From: Ruditapes philippinarum
Taxonomy: Eukaryota
NCBI RefSeq assembly: GCF_026571515.1
Contig: NW_026863536.1
Span: 62,001-126,000 of the forward strand
Length of the DNA: 64,000 nucleotides
Direction of reading: 5' to 3'
Below the pieces are notes generated by a model. It was not told where the DNA came from and searched no databases. It saw nothing but the letters and a program-made list of their open reading frames with translations. Positions 1 through 13,478 of the stretch are shown in pieces. Every line of letters starts with the position of its first letter. Within the stretch, counting starts at the first letter, position 1. A program made the position numbers and the translations under genes.

Positions 1-2616
1 TCATCCTCGCTCTAGCGACAATCCCTTCTTATCCATAAGTTTTTTGGAGCCGCCCGCGCGGCTCCTATTGATACCGCCCGAAAAGTAATCTCCAGAGTGC
101 TACATCAATACTTTCGTAATTGTCCCCTGCCCATCCACTTCACAACAGCCATTCTGTTGATGATCACAATTACTTCTATGCTTATTAGTAAATGTTTCGG
201 CTATACGAATCTTTCAAACTCGTTATATATACAGCACCTTTCTCGCCGGTGCTTACTTACATATTTCCATTCTTTTAGGTTGGCTGGCTGTATGGTGCGC
301 ACGTGCGCCTGGGTTTCAGCTGGGTGCTTGCGTGCAGTCATACGTGTCCTATATGACGGCTTCCGCCCCACTCTTCCAATGGCTAATCTGTCTCTGGCGA
401 TATCAGTCGAGCAGATTTTATCCTCGGTAGTAGAATTTCAACTTGATAAGAACAGCTTTACGATGCTGCTCTGTGCTCCTGCTATATCATTCTATAGGCT
501 CATTCTGTCGATGAATAATTTAGCGTTTCTGCATAAACACCACATATGCCACCCTGCACCCTTGATTGGGGATGAGCCTGCTGAGTTCGCAGGGTCTCTC
601 GCTCCTCCTACTCGCTCACACCTCTACCCGCATGGCACTCTGCCCGGCCCTGACTTGATCAAGGATTGCACTCTCTCGTACACACCGTTCTTCTGTACAG
701 TTTCGTGTCTTCTATTGGGACGCAATATCCGACCTCTAGAAATGTTGTTACTCCTGTCTGGCATTTGAAGCGGCCCACTGTATGCTAACTAGAGTTCTCT
801 TTAAAGAACTATTCAAGTGTTAAATTGCGCACAACCCCGCCCTAATGTGCTCCTCCGCCGCGAGTTGGATCATTTCGGTCCTATGCTGCACAGCCCGCAT
901 GGCAGAAATTTCTGCTAATGCATCTTTTTGAACAAGATTCCTTGTCACTACGCACTACAGATAGACTGAAACTGCTGTCTCCTCGGCATGTGTGTTACGG
1001 CTCTTCTTATTTACTGCATAGAAAGTACCTTCTGCGTCTCTTACAGAGACAATCTGCGGTCTCGCCGCCCTGAGATGACCTATAGGCTTGGTGCAAAATG
1101 GAGACTAGAGATCTTAACTCTCCTTCCTAACATGCTCTTCCTCCAATCCCTTTGCCTGCTAGATCTACCAGGTTGCTCTGCGTGGGTTCAACCCTGCAGG
1201 GGTCACAGCTTGTGTTGTCTTTGACACAGAAATTTTCTCATAGCTCATCTGCCTACATGTAGAGTACTGGTTAGGTTCAGGAGAACTAACTCCAAGGAGT
1301 CCTCCCGCCTACGATCATACTAGGCGCCCAACGAGCGAGCTATTAATATCTCATCTTCCACCTATACACTCTATCTCCCTCCCGGCCAGTTTCTTATGAA
1401 AATCAGATGCCCAAGTCTCCACATCAACTTGTACAACATATTGTTTATCTACACTGTATCTCCTTAGGTATGTGCCGATTCATGAACGTTTGTTCTTTAA
1501 ATTTTTTTTTAGTTTACACAGCGAATAACTTTCCGTGTAGACGATCTATTTCTATTGTCCTCTCAACTCTCCGCTGTCAGCTCATGCTCTGTGCGGGGGA
1601 CAATCGTGCACATGCGATTTGCTGGATGGACAACAAGGATCTAAACAGGGGAAAGTGTGCTGTCACATCTCCTCTTCAATACTCTTAGATACTTTTGATC
1701 TTCAATTCCTACAGTGCTTGTTCCTTATTCGGAGATATTTGATTCGCATTATAAATAACTTTTTCGTCCAGCTTCGAGTTTTATTCTGTGATAAGGGGAC
1801 ATAACCCCAAATTGGAGCCGCCTTAACACTTTTTTCGGACTAGTATAGGTCGTGAATACACATTCTTCTAGTCTCCTTCATAATGATTAATTTCTGTATA
1901 GTCAATCATGTTTTCAATGAATTGATCTGCTATCTGTATTATATGCCAGTACAACTCATAATCCTGGAGTCATAAAGATGATATTATCTATGGTTCCCCC
2001 TCTTCATGCCACTAGACTATGATTAGTGTACAGGGAAATTAATACAAGACCTGTTGCTGGGCCATCACTGGTAAGTTTTATCCTGGGCTGACAGAAATAA
2101 AGATTTGTGCATCAATCCTACCATTGGTCTATGTTAGAGAAACTGAATTGTGCCCTGATGTTCACTAACGCTCTCGTACTTCTCAGCCGACGAATAATGC
2201 AAAAGCACTGTTTATTTCTTCATTTTGGTGTGTTGGCTTTAACAGTCATACCCAAACGCGTATATGACAGGTCAAATGGCTAAATTTTGTTGGTTTTATG
2301 GCTGTGAGAAAACCTGAAATGGCGCTGCCAATGCACGGGTATCTTCACGACACGCAAGACAAGCTTGCAGCGAGTTAGGAGCCACTGACTTCCTGTCAGT
2401 GCTGGATAGTTTTCACAGAATGGAATTCCTTTGTCCTCAGCTTTCAAATACGAGGCGTCAGCCCTGGCAGGGCATTGCTGACGTAATCGCCAGCTTCGTG
2501 CCCGTGGGTGTATTCTACAGAGTAGAACTTCAATGCAGGAGACTACAACATTTGTTGCTATGCTCTCCAGCGGGCGAGCAATAATCTGCCAAATGTAATA
2601 GGAAAGGCAAGAATTT

Positions 2617-2855
2617 CCAAAATCAGTTTGTTTACATTTAACGATGGAAAACTGGAAAACAAAGCTTGTGTGTTTATGTTATGAATAATTTGCTGCACTT
2701 TATAAAGCTCGTAAAAGCATGTTAATCAGGATACAGGTGTGACGATGTGCCTGACATATGCTCTATACAGTTGTGTGATTCTATTACATAACCTAAAAAC
2801 ACAAGCTTTGTTTCCAGTTTTGTTTTGTTAATTTGATGTAAACAATGATTTTAAA
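2617..2855. repeat. Inverted repeat (centre of a foldback/MITE-like element)
   Basis: aaaatcagtttgtttacat..aaaactggaaaacaaagcttgtgtgtttatgttatg (2619-2683) pairs with cataacctaaaaacacaagctttgtttccagtttt..atgtaaacaatgatttt (2787-2852). Confidence 0.6.
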
Positions 2856-5800
2856 CCAAGTTTTACGAGTCTCTTACATGCAAATTTATCTGGAAAATCA
2901 AGTCAAAAATGGCCAGTACTAGTGCAAGCATGCGGGCGCGTCAAGGTAGAAATTGAGTGCAGTCGTCCTGCAGGACGTTTGATGTTTGCATCACAGATTG
3001 TCTAAATTTCGTGCTATGTCCAAATGTGAGCGATGCTTCCTTTCATTGAAATTTAAAGATTGGCCAAGAAGTGTATGCATCTTCGCATATGCTAACCAAA
3101 TGAAAGAAGATGCGTTTAGCCCGGGTTTGTTCTCAAAACATTGTTTAAGTCGCTATCGTCCTCTAGATACATTACAAAAATTGCCCCTCGTAACATGTGA
3201 ACAGTTCATGAGTTGTATCATTCCGAAATCTTGCCTGGGGCTTGGTCACTACTACTTTGTCTATACCTCTTATAACCCTTGACACTTCAGACTGGACTGC
3301 GGCGGACAGCACTGTTTCGGGTTCCTACATAGCACCCCTGATTTTGATGTTACTGACCATATATCATTTTACATACCAGGAGCCGCCACGGGTATCTATT
3401 CCCCCTTGTTTTAGTGGGGCAGGACGGTGGACAGAGCCTCGTTATAGAGGAGAGATGACAGCAATGGTTCCTGTGGTCGGTGTAGATGAAAACATATGAT
3501 TTTCGAGCGCGGGTGCGTCGAGTATTTCATCGTATAACTCTTTCTGATACTAGTTCTTTTACAATATCCTTTTGATCGCAAAAATGTATTGTAAATGGAA
3601 CAATAAATATGTAGAAAAGTGGCTTTATGTGGAATCAGGTTCTGATTGTTTGTGTGTACCTTGCGCTTATGTTTAAATATACGTAAAACAAGGATCATCG
3701 TCATAGCTCGCATATGTGGTCCGGCCTGTTTTACTGTACAGGCACAAGCCAATTTAGACGACATATTTTAGCGTGCCCTCTAAGCATGGTCCTCTTCCAC
3801 CTGTAGACGCTATCAAGAATTCAGTACTACAGGCACTGTAAGATGTGCCGGCCCGGACCACTTTCTCGTCTTCCCACGGCCGCTCCACATGCTACCACTT
3901 GTTTCTCTCCCCACGCAGGCTCGCCGCACGACCAGCACTACGCGCGCTTCTAATAAGCTAGCCCGCGCGTTTCCTCTCCCGTAGCGGCGGCCCGCGAGTC
4001 CACCCGGCGTAGCCTCTGAAGCAGATACACGCCTTCCTGCCTATCTCACTATTTAAGCATCGCTATGGTTACCACAATGCTGCTGTGACTGTGTTGAGTC
4101 TCTAGGCGATTTACCACTTGCTTCATTTAGCACACTGCACTTTTGGCCGCCCCTCTTCGGGTCACGATAGAATAAGTATATAAAATTATGTCCCCGTATC
4201 ACGCTGTGGCTACAGCTCCGAAGCTCCTCGCCCCCGTCTCGGAGTCTGACGGGGCGGGTGCTCTGTTTAAAATGCCGGTCCGCGCCCCCGCTGCTTCACG
4301 ATTTTGCGTTCCTGCTGCTGCTCTTTCAGGCCCCCGCTTCTATTGGCACGGAGTACTCGCTCTCTCGCATTCGTCTAGCCTCAGAAGAGTTCCAATGGGC
4401 GACCCCCAAGCATATAACCACCCGGCTATATTTTTTCAGCCTAGACCTTATACCTGCGCGTTATTTACGAACGGCCCCCCCCCGCGCCCGGGTACCCAGC
4501 TACATATGAACACCGGTCTTGCTGGGCTGTAGTTAATTTCTGTAGGCCTCCACTTTTCCGTCTACCTGCAGAAGAAATGGCCTCCTTTTCTTATTTTGAA
4601 TTTAAGTTATTGAATCATTAAATTCACAGTCTGAGTCGAGGTTTTCGTCCTCCTTTCTTTCCTGATGTGGTCACTGCAACTCTGATAAAACAATAATGGT
4701 CTTCGGCCTCTAGACATAGGGACGTCTATTATGGTTTCTGGTAGGCGCGAAGAAGTGCGCTGCCGGGTGTCCAGTGCGATGGGGCGAGCTTGTGCGCTGA
4801 GGCTCCTCCCCGGTCGGCAGGCCGCCGCCCGCCGTCCCTGTGTTTAGACTCATTTGCCTTTCAAGCTGGCGCCCCACCAACAGTTCTGGACACGACCTCC
4901 ACAAGACCTGATAAGTACCACGATAAGTGCACTATTCTTAATGTTTACTCCTGGGTGTGGTTGCCTCGTTCTTTTTGACTCGTTCAATCACTGAACTTGC
5001 CGCGTGAGATTTATCTTGCCCTGCTCTTGTAGTTTTGGGAAAGCTCCGTTTGAATTGTAACGGGCGTATCTCTCAATAACAAATGACACATACCGACATG
5101 CTTGAGCTACCAACAGTTTAAACGCGGAGGATCGGACTATGGAGCGCTTGCCTTGTTCTCATAGCTGTTGACAGAAGGGCTAATCGACTCGCAGGTCCCT
5201 TCACGCAAGTTCAAGGTTAATACAGTCTACCACTTAACAATACATTCTTGAAGTCATACTGACCATTTACTCACTCGTATAATGCCTATCTTTCATGCGT
5301 TCAATATTTATGACGTTACAATGTCCGACTGAAAAAGGATCTAAGTATTTTGTATCAAATATTTTTCTCTTTCATTCTGTGAGATATGTTGTTTTTTTGA
5401 GCTTTCAGCTCTATGGACAACCTCTAGCTGTATTTCCTGCTCATTTCATTATCCTATGCGCTTCCCCAAAACGTTGTAACAACATTCTCACGCCGTCCGC
5501 TCTCAGACCTATCCTAGTCGATACCATCTCATTAAAGGTATTCAATTTGTAAGTTTCTCAGGATGTCTTCTTGCGCCACCGGAATGGGTGAACTTCCTGT
5601 GACGGTATCCACAGCAAACAGGAGGCAGTGTATGCTTTGCGGGTGCCTCGCACCAGGTGGGAATCGTATTCTAGGGGTCTTTATGAAAAATATACGCTTG
5701 AGAATTTGAACGTTGTCTATTACTGTCCATAGTACGTTATTTGGCCTGCTTGCCGCGGCGATCTACTAATGTGTTACATACTCAATAAGCTAAAGAATTA

Positions 5801-7329
5801 CCGTAACAGCACCTTTATTCATTTTCAGGTTCGGCTACAGGCGAATTTTATAAACAACGTGAAAGTAGTATATTGAAACAAGCAATTTACATAATCGAGA
5901 ACAATTACAATGACATACATAATAATAAACCAAAGCTTTAACAGTAAAAACGCGCGTATATTTGCAGTGACTCCGTACCGTCTGACTCCAATGGCATTGT
6001 AATGGTTTGGACAGTTCAGTGAGATCCCTCACCCCATCAGCCCCTCCTAAGGACGATAGGCGTGTCTACCCCACTCGGTCGTATCCTAGCTTCGCCATCT
6101 ATGGCAAGCTCTGCGTGGAGCTACGTTCGCGGCTTGCCCCTCTATGTCTGAAATAATGCCCAGTGCGGGCCTTGTGGGATTTCGCTTCGGAGAGAGACAG
6201 GTTCGGCATTCCCCTTATCGACCCTTTCATGGTGAAATGCACTTAACACACAACTCAAAGCGCAAGTCATTCTGTATTCGTTCAGGTATTCGCACCTTCT
6301 CCCTGGATACACATTGCCAATCTTTGTTCCTCGTACGATTCAACGCCTCATTGTCAAAATGTTGGTGTGGGTGTACGTTGTATAGTCGGCGATCATAGCA
6401 GAAGTAATTTGTGGCATAAACTGGTCATGAACCATACATACCTGGATTAAGCACTCTCTCTAACTTATTTGATTTCTACTATTCATATTTTGTATCTCGT
6501 GACAAGTGTAGGCCCACAAATATTTCCACACCATTCTGACTATGTTTAAGCTCGCGATGTAAACTCAACTTCGTATAGTCTCAGACCTGCCTGGCATCAT
6601 CTGGACATAGAGACAACAACCCAAACACCGGCTCTCTCTACTCACTCGCCCGGCTCCGTATTAATCGTACTTACTATTTTCAGTGCGCACGTCATTCCTG
6701 AAGCTACGGATCGCGAGCAGTATTCTGGTCTTGGCCCACCAGCCGGAAAAGATCCATATCAGGGAGCCGTGTGATTTATGTTCCTTCAAGCATGGCGCAG
6801 GGAACGGAGTTCACGCGCGAGCTTCGTGCTCAATGTGAAACGTGACTCAGGAAATGTATCTTTGACAGCGACGACAGGGCTATGCCCAGCCTTTTATTCT
6901 TCCAGTGCACGTCCCCGAGAAAACCGGCCGCGCCCCGTCGCGTGTCCCTAGTGACTGCTCCGGCCCGCTCGGCCCTGGCCCGCGCCCCGCCCGCCTCCTA
7001 CCAGTATGCTCAATCTACCTATCTGTTTATGGCTCGTAACCTATAGTCTTCTCATTATAAAGGAACCTGGCTTGCCATATCTGGCGCTAACACACATGTT
7101 TGCCCTGGAAAATAAAGACAGTTCATAATCACTTTTATGCATGTCATTATAATGGTAGACTAGCGCTTTACAGTCCTGGTGCTCAATTACAGCTTAAGCA
7201 TAGACATACACAATGATTTCTCGTATGTCTTACTTACGCTCGCCTCATAACCGTATCTTCAGGTATCACGCAAACTCACCATATAATGTTTTCAGTGTGT
7301 AAGTCACCTCATATAGAATGTCTTCCATT

Positions 7330-8060
7330 AACAGTAATACAATCAGCCATGCGCCGCTAGCATTGTATTACTCAGACTGATATGCCATCAACGCCTAGGA
7401 ATGTCATTTCCCTCTGTATGCAAAGCTCACTGCTAATCATAAATTTTAATATTCGGCTCAATCCTATTCATTGTATCTCCTACTAGTATACAATCAGCCG
7501 CCCCTAGAATGTACTATTTATCTGTGCTATGCAAAACCGTTAGATTGTGCAGTTAAAATCTCTTTGAGGTATCTGGTTCCCATCTACGATGTTATAAGTA
7601 TACAATGTCAGCCGCCTACGCAATAGTATTACTTCTGTATCGCAAACACTTACATCATACTAGAATTCTAATATCTTGGTCAACTCCTATCACACTGGTT
7701 ATCTACAGTCTGAATACAATCCAGCCGCGGCTGTACGAATGTATTCTTTGTATGGCATAACATCTTTCAAAGATTTCACCTTCTAACAAATCCCTTTAGC
7801 CCCATCTGCGGCGACTCAGACAGCCCAGCACGTATACATGGTCATTACATCTTATCACACTCGGCCTCCAGGCACCTTGCTACTCCTATTTTACGCTGGC
7901 GCGAACCTATCCTCTCCGAATCATTGCCAAACTCCGCCCGCTTTCAGCTCATCCTCACCGTCTTGCGTCACTTTCCGTGATACTCGTCGTCTGCGCCCTA
8001 TACTCAATCAGCGCCCCCCCCCCTCCTCGAACGATCTTCCGTATCGCAACACTTAATCTC
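7330..8060. repeat. Degenerate tandem repeat, ~115-150 bp period
   Basis: atacaatcagccg..tagaatgtatt..ctgtatgcaaa recurs near 7337, 7488, 7600, 7714 and 8000. Confidence 0.5.
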
Positions 8061-8884
8061 TATATAACTTTTCAGTATTCAGTCCAATCTATTCTCTGTA
8101 TGCTCTTCCCGCTCACTGCAACAGGTGCACGTTATAACTGCTATCCTTTGCAGTATTCAGTCGCAAAACTATATTGATTTCCACGTATACAAGATCAGTG
8201 GGCAGCACGTCGACGTGGCTGTCAGCGCACTATGCTCTCTTATGGACAGAGACGCACGTGCTTCGTACACCGAACGGGCTGGCGCTGCTCGCGTCGCGAA
8301 TCCTGAGCCTGTCTGTCCCCTTGCATCACGGAAACATCTCTCCACGTTCTACACGGAATACTAAAGAAACATAACTTCATGCCTCATGATAAGCATCTGA
8401 GGATATGTTTACCCTCCCTGTGAGACAAACATCTGGCTACGTCCCGCGCTCCTCTTACAGCCTTGATATCCCATATCTTTACCATCTCACTAACATCGTT
8501 CTTCAGCATCACACTCACGTACCTTATTTGAACTCGCAAGTGTTCTCCAATTAACGGACAGAATGCTAAATGAATGCCTTAAGAACATACTTCTTTAACA
8601 AACTTTAGTTTTAGTTTACTTTGCTACTTGATTTGTGCTTGTCGCTTTTTTGTTTATGGCTATTTCTGCCTATAGTCAAAGACATACTATATCCTAAGTG
8701 GTATACTCGTTACGTTATCGATTCATTCAGTTTCTCATATGCTGCTATCCTCTTACATCACGTACATCGTTTCGTCGAAGCTTGCTCGATCTCCGCGCTA
8801 CACTCCTTCCAGCATTCTCTATTATCGGGCCTATATGCTACAGCCAAATCCTGGTTCTCTTTAGTCTGTCCTACTATCGTACAC

Positions 8885-10033
8885 AGAGCGCCCGGTTCGT
8901 TCGCGGACAGAATTCTTGAACATTCTTCTGTATAGTGCAACTGTTGTGTCAGTCGGGTCTAGCGTGCCTAACACTCCATAATATATACGCATTTCACTTT
9001 CCACGTATATACTGTACAGGTCATCTGAAAATCATCAGTCACTTCATGCATCACAGAAACGTGCAAACATAATAAAATAGTATATCACAACCATCTACTA
9101 AGTACAGAGACACCCTCAGAGCACGGCGACTGGTCATTGCTCGTCGAACCTTCGGGTTGGACTGCGACGTTAAAGGTCCGCACTCTGCGATCGCCTCGCA
9201 CCTTCCGTGTCACCACGTATGCTCACCCGCGCAGATTGCTCGAGTGGCCATCTCTCCTGTGGCAATTGTGCGGGCCTAGTCCAGTTATTCGAGCCGTATT
9301 CCGTCACGGCTGTGTGTACAGTTAGAAAACTGATACCCGCAAAGTTCTCTGCAATAGCCATGAACTGTCGTTCTTCTGTTCGCCATTTCATATGTCTGTT
9401 TACCGAGTCCTTATTGAATAGTGCAAACACAGAACTGGCCCGACCGCACTGTAGACTGCTCTGTCGCGATCGCAGTTTCTTCCTCTGCTTAAGACGGAGC
9501 ATCGCCCCGCCATCCCTATACACTGAAGCCGGGCTGCATTTCTTGTATTTTCCTGTAGAATTGATCATTTTCATTGTTTCTGTGGAAGACTTTTCCAGCG
9601 CAACACAAAATTTCACGATGCTTCGCAATTCAACGTCACCTATCGACGTCATGTTGATTACTCAGTGGCTCTGGGGCAACAACTTTAAAACAATGTTGAT
9701 CCGTTGAGAATTTAAATAACGTTATGATATTTTCAGAAATGACGTCATGACGTTCCGCTGCTGACCAGCGTTTTCGCGCATTTTTTACGCAAATTACGAA
9801 ATATTATTAGTGTAGCGCGTTATACCTTTCTTTAGAGTCGGACTGCTCCGGTGCGGCGTTTATAGTGTTGCTATGGTTACTGCTTTTTCCAGCTATTGTT
9901 GTCTGATTTCTATTCAATTTTTATGGAATAGTTCCGTGATATGCTAATCTTAGTATGTGCAAAATATTACGTCTTAGAAACAAAAAATATAGGAGATATG
10001 ACAAATTCTCAGAACTTCCGCGAACAACCCTCG
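8885..10033 (-). mobile_element. Non-autonomous Tc1/mariner element inserted into a 30-bp satellite array
   Basis: Clean right TIR ...gaacttccgcgaacaaccctcg|TA (10033). Noisy left TIR ggttcgttcgcggacagaattcttga (~8893-8920). Internal mariner HTH remnant. Confidence 0.65.
9170..9652 (-). pseudogene. Mariner-type transposase remnant (N-terminal HTH only, internally deleted)
   Basis: MTSIGDVELRSIVKFCVALEKSSTETMKMINSTGKYKKCSPASVYR resembles the Mos1/SETMAR HTH start. No DDD catalytic domain is visible. Confidence 0.7.
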
Positions 10034-10035
10034 TA

Positions 10036-10780
10036 CATCCGGGGGTTTCTAAGTGTATATCTATACACATCCAGGTTTCTAAGTGTATATCAACACACAC
10101 ATCCCAGGTTTCTTAGTGTATATATACACATATCCAGGTTTCTAAGTGTATATCTACACACCTACATGTTTCTAAGTGTATATACTACACATCTCCAGGT
10201 TTTCTAAGTGTATATCTACACATGTCCAGGTTTCTAAGTGTATATCTACACACCTCCAGGTTTCTTAGTGTATATCAACACCCCTTCAGGTTTCTAAGTG
10301 TTTATCTACATACACATCCAGGTTTCTAAGTGAATATCTACACATCTCCAGGTTTCTTAGTGTATATCTACACACACCCCAGGTTTCTAAGTGTATATCT
10401 ACACATCTCCAGGTTTCTTAGTGTATATCTTTTTAAGTGTATATCTACACATCTCCAGGTTTCTTAGTGTATATCTACACACATTCCAGGTTTCTAAGTG
10501 TGCCTATATCTACAAAACCTTCAGATTCTACACCCACACCCGGTTTCTAAGTGTATATCTACATGCATCCAGCGTTTATAAGCTCTGTATATTCTACACA
10601 CCTTCAGGTTTCTGAAGTGTATATCTACACCAGTCCCCAGGTTTCTTAGACTTTGTGTATATCTCTATGCTTCAGGTTTCTAAGTGTATATCTGCACAGC
10701 CCCAGGGTTTCTTAGACTTTGTGTATATCTCTTTGCTTCAAGGTAGTGTATATCTACATGTTTCCAGGTTTCTAAGTGTT
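10036..10780. repeat. Tandem minisatellite, ~30 bp unit CCAGGTTTCTAAGTGTATATCTACACACAT
   Basis: More than 20 visible units. The ORFs here are repeat translations. Confidence 0.95.
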
Positions 10781-11067
10781 GATATGTTTACGATTGATTG
10801 ACAAAATGGCACAAAAACTGGCTAGGAGAGATTTTGATGGCTCTTATGTTTCTTATTTACAAGAAAAGTTTTAATATTTTCTTTTTTTTTGTTAACATAA
10901 TTGTGTAACTTTACATTTGCCTAATTCTCAACACCAGGGCATTGTTGTATTTATAGCCCTGTCAATACTCACAAAACATTTGAATTAAAAAATTTTACTG
11001 TTGTATAATTACAAACATTTTAATGTATGATGATCTTTTTGATTCTGAACAATATTAAGTTCAACTA

Positions 11068-12067
11068 CGAGGGTTGTCCAAAAAATTCGTGCACTGCAGT
11101 TATTGTCGTGAGAGTTATTGATAGAGAAACATAAATTATATATCACTTGAAGGAGAGATCTGTCTCAAATAAGAAAACAAAAGAAAAAAACATGTTACCG
11201 GCATATCGTGAAAACGAATCGCCATACAGTTACCTTGGTAACGTAATACCGGCGCACGACAAAAAATTGGGTTATTTCATTACTTTGATGCATCACGGTA
11301 TTCTTTAAACACTACATATTAACGTTAAACTTCAGGAAAAAGTGTGTGTACGTATTCCTAACGTCACTAGAAAAAATGACGTCATTTGCCTTATTGTAAC
11401 GGTCATAAACAAACATTTGTGTATGGTCTTCAATACTGTAATTACGTGAAAATGGCAGTCGCTAAACGTCTGGAAATACGGACGATCATTGAATTTTGTG
11501 CAAATATTGGTAAAACACCAACAGATACATACAAAGAACTTAAAAGGGCAAGCGGGACAAGTTCAGTGTCACAAAGACTGTTTTTTTCTAATGGCACAAA
11601 CTCTTTGTAGAAGGGAGAGAGTCGGTAAACGATGACAACTTGTCAGGCAGACGTCCGTCCGTAATGCCGGCGCATGTGCCGAGGGTTGTTCAATATATTC
11701 GTGCACTGGTGGAATATGTTACATGTACGTTGCATAAAAACAATAAAAACTACGCAACACTGCATCAATCATTCTTCTATTGACAATAAAACAAATTATG
11801 AAATAAAAAGCAAATGCCACTTTACAAGCAACAAACAATTAATACAATTACAGTAATGAACTAACCCAATTTTTGTCGTGCGCCGGTATTACATTACTAA
11901 GGTAACTTAATGGCCATTCTTTTACACAAAACGCCGGTTACTTGGCTTTTTCTTTTGTTTTCTTTTTTGAGACATATTGCCCCTTAAAATGATATATAAT
12001 TCATTTGTTTTTATTAATAACTCTCACGACAATAACTGCAGTGCACGAATTTTTTGGACAACCCTCG
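11068..12067 (+). mobile_element. Non-autonomous mariner element with long TIRs and TA TSD
   Basis: TA|CGAGGGTTGTCCAAAAAATTCGTGCACTGCAG ... CTGCAGTGCACGAATTTTTTGGACAACCCTCG|TA. About 50 bp is perfect, and the imperfect TIR extends ~215 bp. Confidence 0.92.
11452..11660 (+). pseudogene. Mariner transposase 5' remnant
   Basis: MAVAKRLEIRTIIEFCANIGKTPTDTYKELK..., then after a frameshift WHKLFVEGRESVNDDNLSGRRPS (classic W..F..GR.S..D..RSGRP motif). Truncated there. Confidence 0.85.
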
Positions 12068-12094
12068 TATTTGAAAAATAGGGAAGGTTAGTCA

Positions 12095-12340
12095 TCCCAG
12101 CATTGCTGTCGCCTTCTCACTTTGGTTTTGGTTTAGTTTTTGCATGCAAGTTGGTATCTCAAAATTTATTGAATGATATAGGTTGGAACTTCACACACTT
12201 GTTCTCTGTGATTATCTTACATATAAGGTACAGGTCCCATTACCGGATTTACCTTTTACAGAGTTATGCCCGCATTTCTTACTGTCAAGCAAGGAGAATA
12301 GTCGAGTGCCTTTGTCTTTAATACAGACAGCTCTTGTTAT
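12095..12340 (+). mobile_element. Short Helentron-like non-autonomous (HINE) element/fragment
   Basis: Contains the family motifs gaacttcacacacttgtt and gagttatgccc and ends ...cagctcttgtt like the other HINEs in the window. Confidence 0.5.
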
Positions 12341-13020
12341 TTTAAATGTTTTGTTATTGAGAAACTTCTGATGCATCTACATTTCATTAAATCATGATCT
12401 CACAATGGGAAGCATTTGGTAATAAAGTAGTTAAAAATAAAATAGCTGTCTTCTTGTCATTGTTGAGTAAATATTTAAAATGAAACATCTTCTAATTGTT
12501 GTCTACCAAGTTTGTTCAAATAAAAGCCATGGGGTCAAAATTGGCCCCACCCCAGGGGGTTAGTTAATTTACATTATATGACTTAATAGGAAAAGAACCA
12601 AAAATGAACTTCTAAAAATGCCAAAGAGCTAGAGCTTAGATATTTAGCATTGAACATCTTCTAGTGGGTGTCTACCAAGTTTATTCAAATAAAAGCCATA
12701 ATCTTATTTACAAATGAATTGATAAAACAACAATCCCAGAAGCATTTAAGATAATAACAATCATTGGAAAAAAATAAATGCATATAAATAATAATTGTAA
12801 ATTTGTGTATGACAACTCAACCCCCTAAACAAAACATAATAGACTCAACCAAAACAAGTGCCTGCTTCTTCACCTAACTATGTAGTTGCATGACCATGAT
12901 TAGCAATTTAGCAAACCAAATCTAAGAGATAAAGCTATTGTAAAAATAATACTATGACCACAGCAGATTTCGTACAGAAAAAATTGACATGAAACATCAT
13001 TCTTCTAGTGGTTTACTACC

Positions 13021-13395
13021 ATTGAGTTTTCTATCGCTGAACAAAATCACTGTTTGGAGTTCAGATACGAGGTAGTATATCACGAGGGCGTAGCCAGAGT
13101 GATATAATGATGTGCATACGAAGAACAGTGATTTTACCAAGCGCTAAAATCACTGGTTTGGATATATTTCGATTCTAACACGACATCAAGAAATAAATGC
13201 TGCCATACCTGATATTAACCTAAACTGCGCCTGATTTGTTTCCCTACTTATTTTCAGTGCATCACATTTGTAGTGGTTTATTATGTCAAATGTATAATGA
13301 TTACGTCATTTGTCTAAATATAGAATGTCAACAGTGATTTTATTGCATAATTACACACTATGTTCAATAGGGAAAAATGTGAATTGTGTTAGAAT
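13021..13395. mobile_element. Interspersed repeat with internal hairpin (superfamily uncertain)
   Basis: Palindrome aaaatcactgtt..tatatcacgagggcgtagccagagtgatata..aacagtgatttt plus the inverted pair attctaacac / gtgttagaat. Confidence 0.5.
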
Positions 13396-13478
13396 ATACT
13401 ATTGACGCTTTAGCTTAGATATTTGGTATGAAACATTATCTTGTGGAACTCAACAAAAATTGTTCAAATATAGCCCTG

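Larger units (their letters stand above)
1..9400. other. Low-consensus-quality (raw long-read-like) assembly segment
   Basis: Higher GC/CpG than the rest of the window and no credible ORF. Elements that are clean to the right (30-bp satellite, mariner TIR) appear here only as insertion-riddled copies, e.g. 8830-8925. Confidence 0.7.

Noticed and set aside
97-768. 223-aa ORF and other ORFs in the first 9 kb
   Set aside because: No recognisable motifs, random-like composition, and located in apparently error-rich sequence.
10036-10780. CRISPR-like appearance of the 30-42 bp arrays (also 27005-28690, 43720-44560, 60150-60630)
   Set aside because: Head-to-tail units without unique spacers, no cas genes, and a eukaryotic context.
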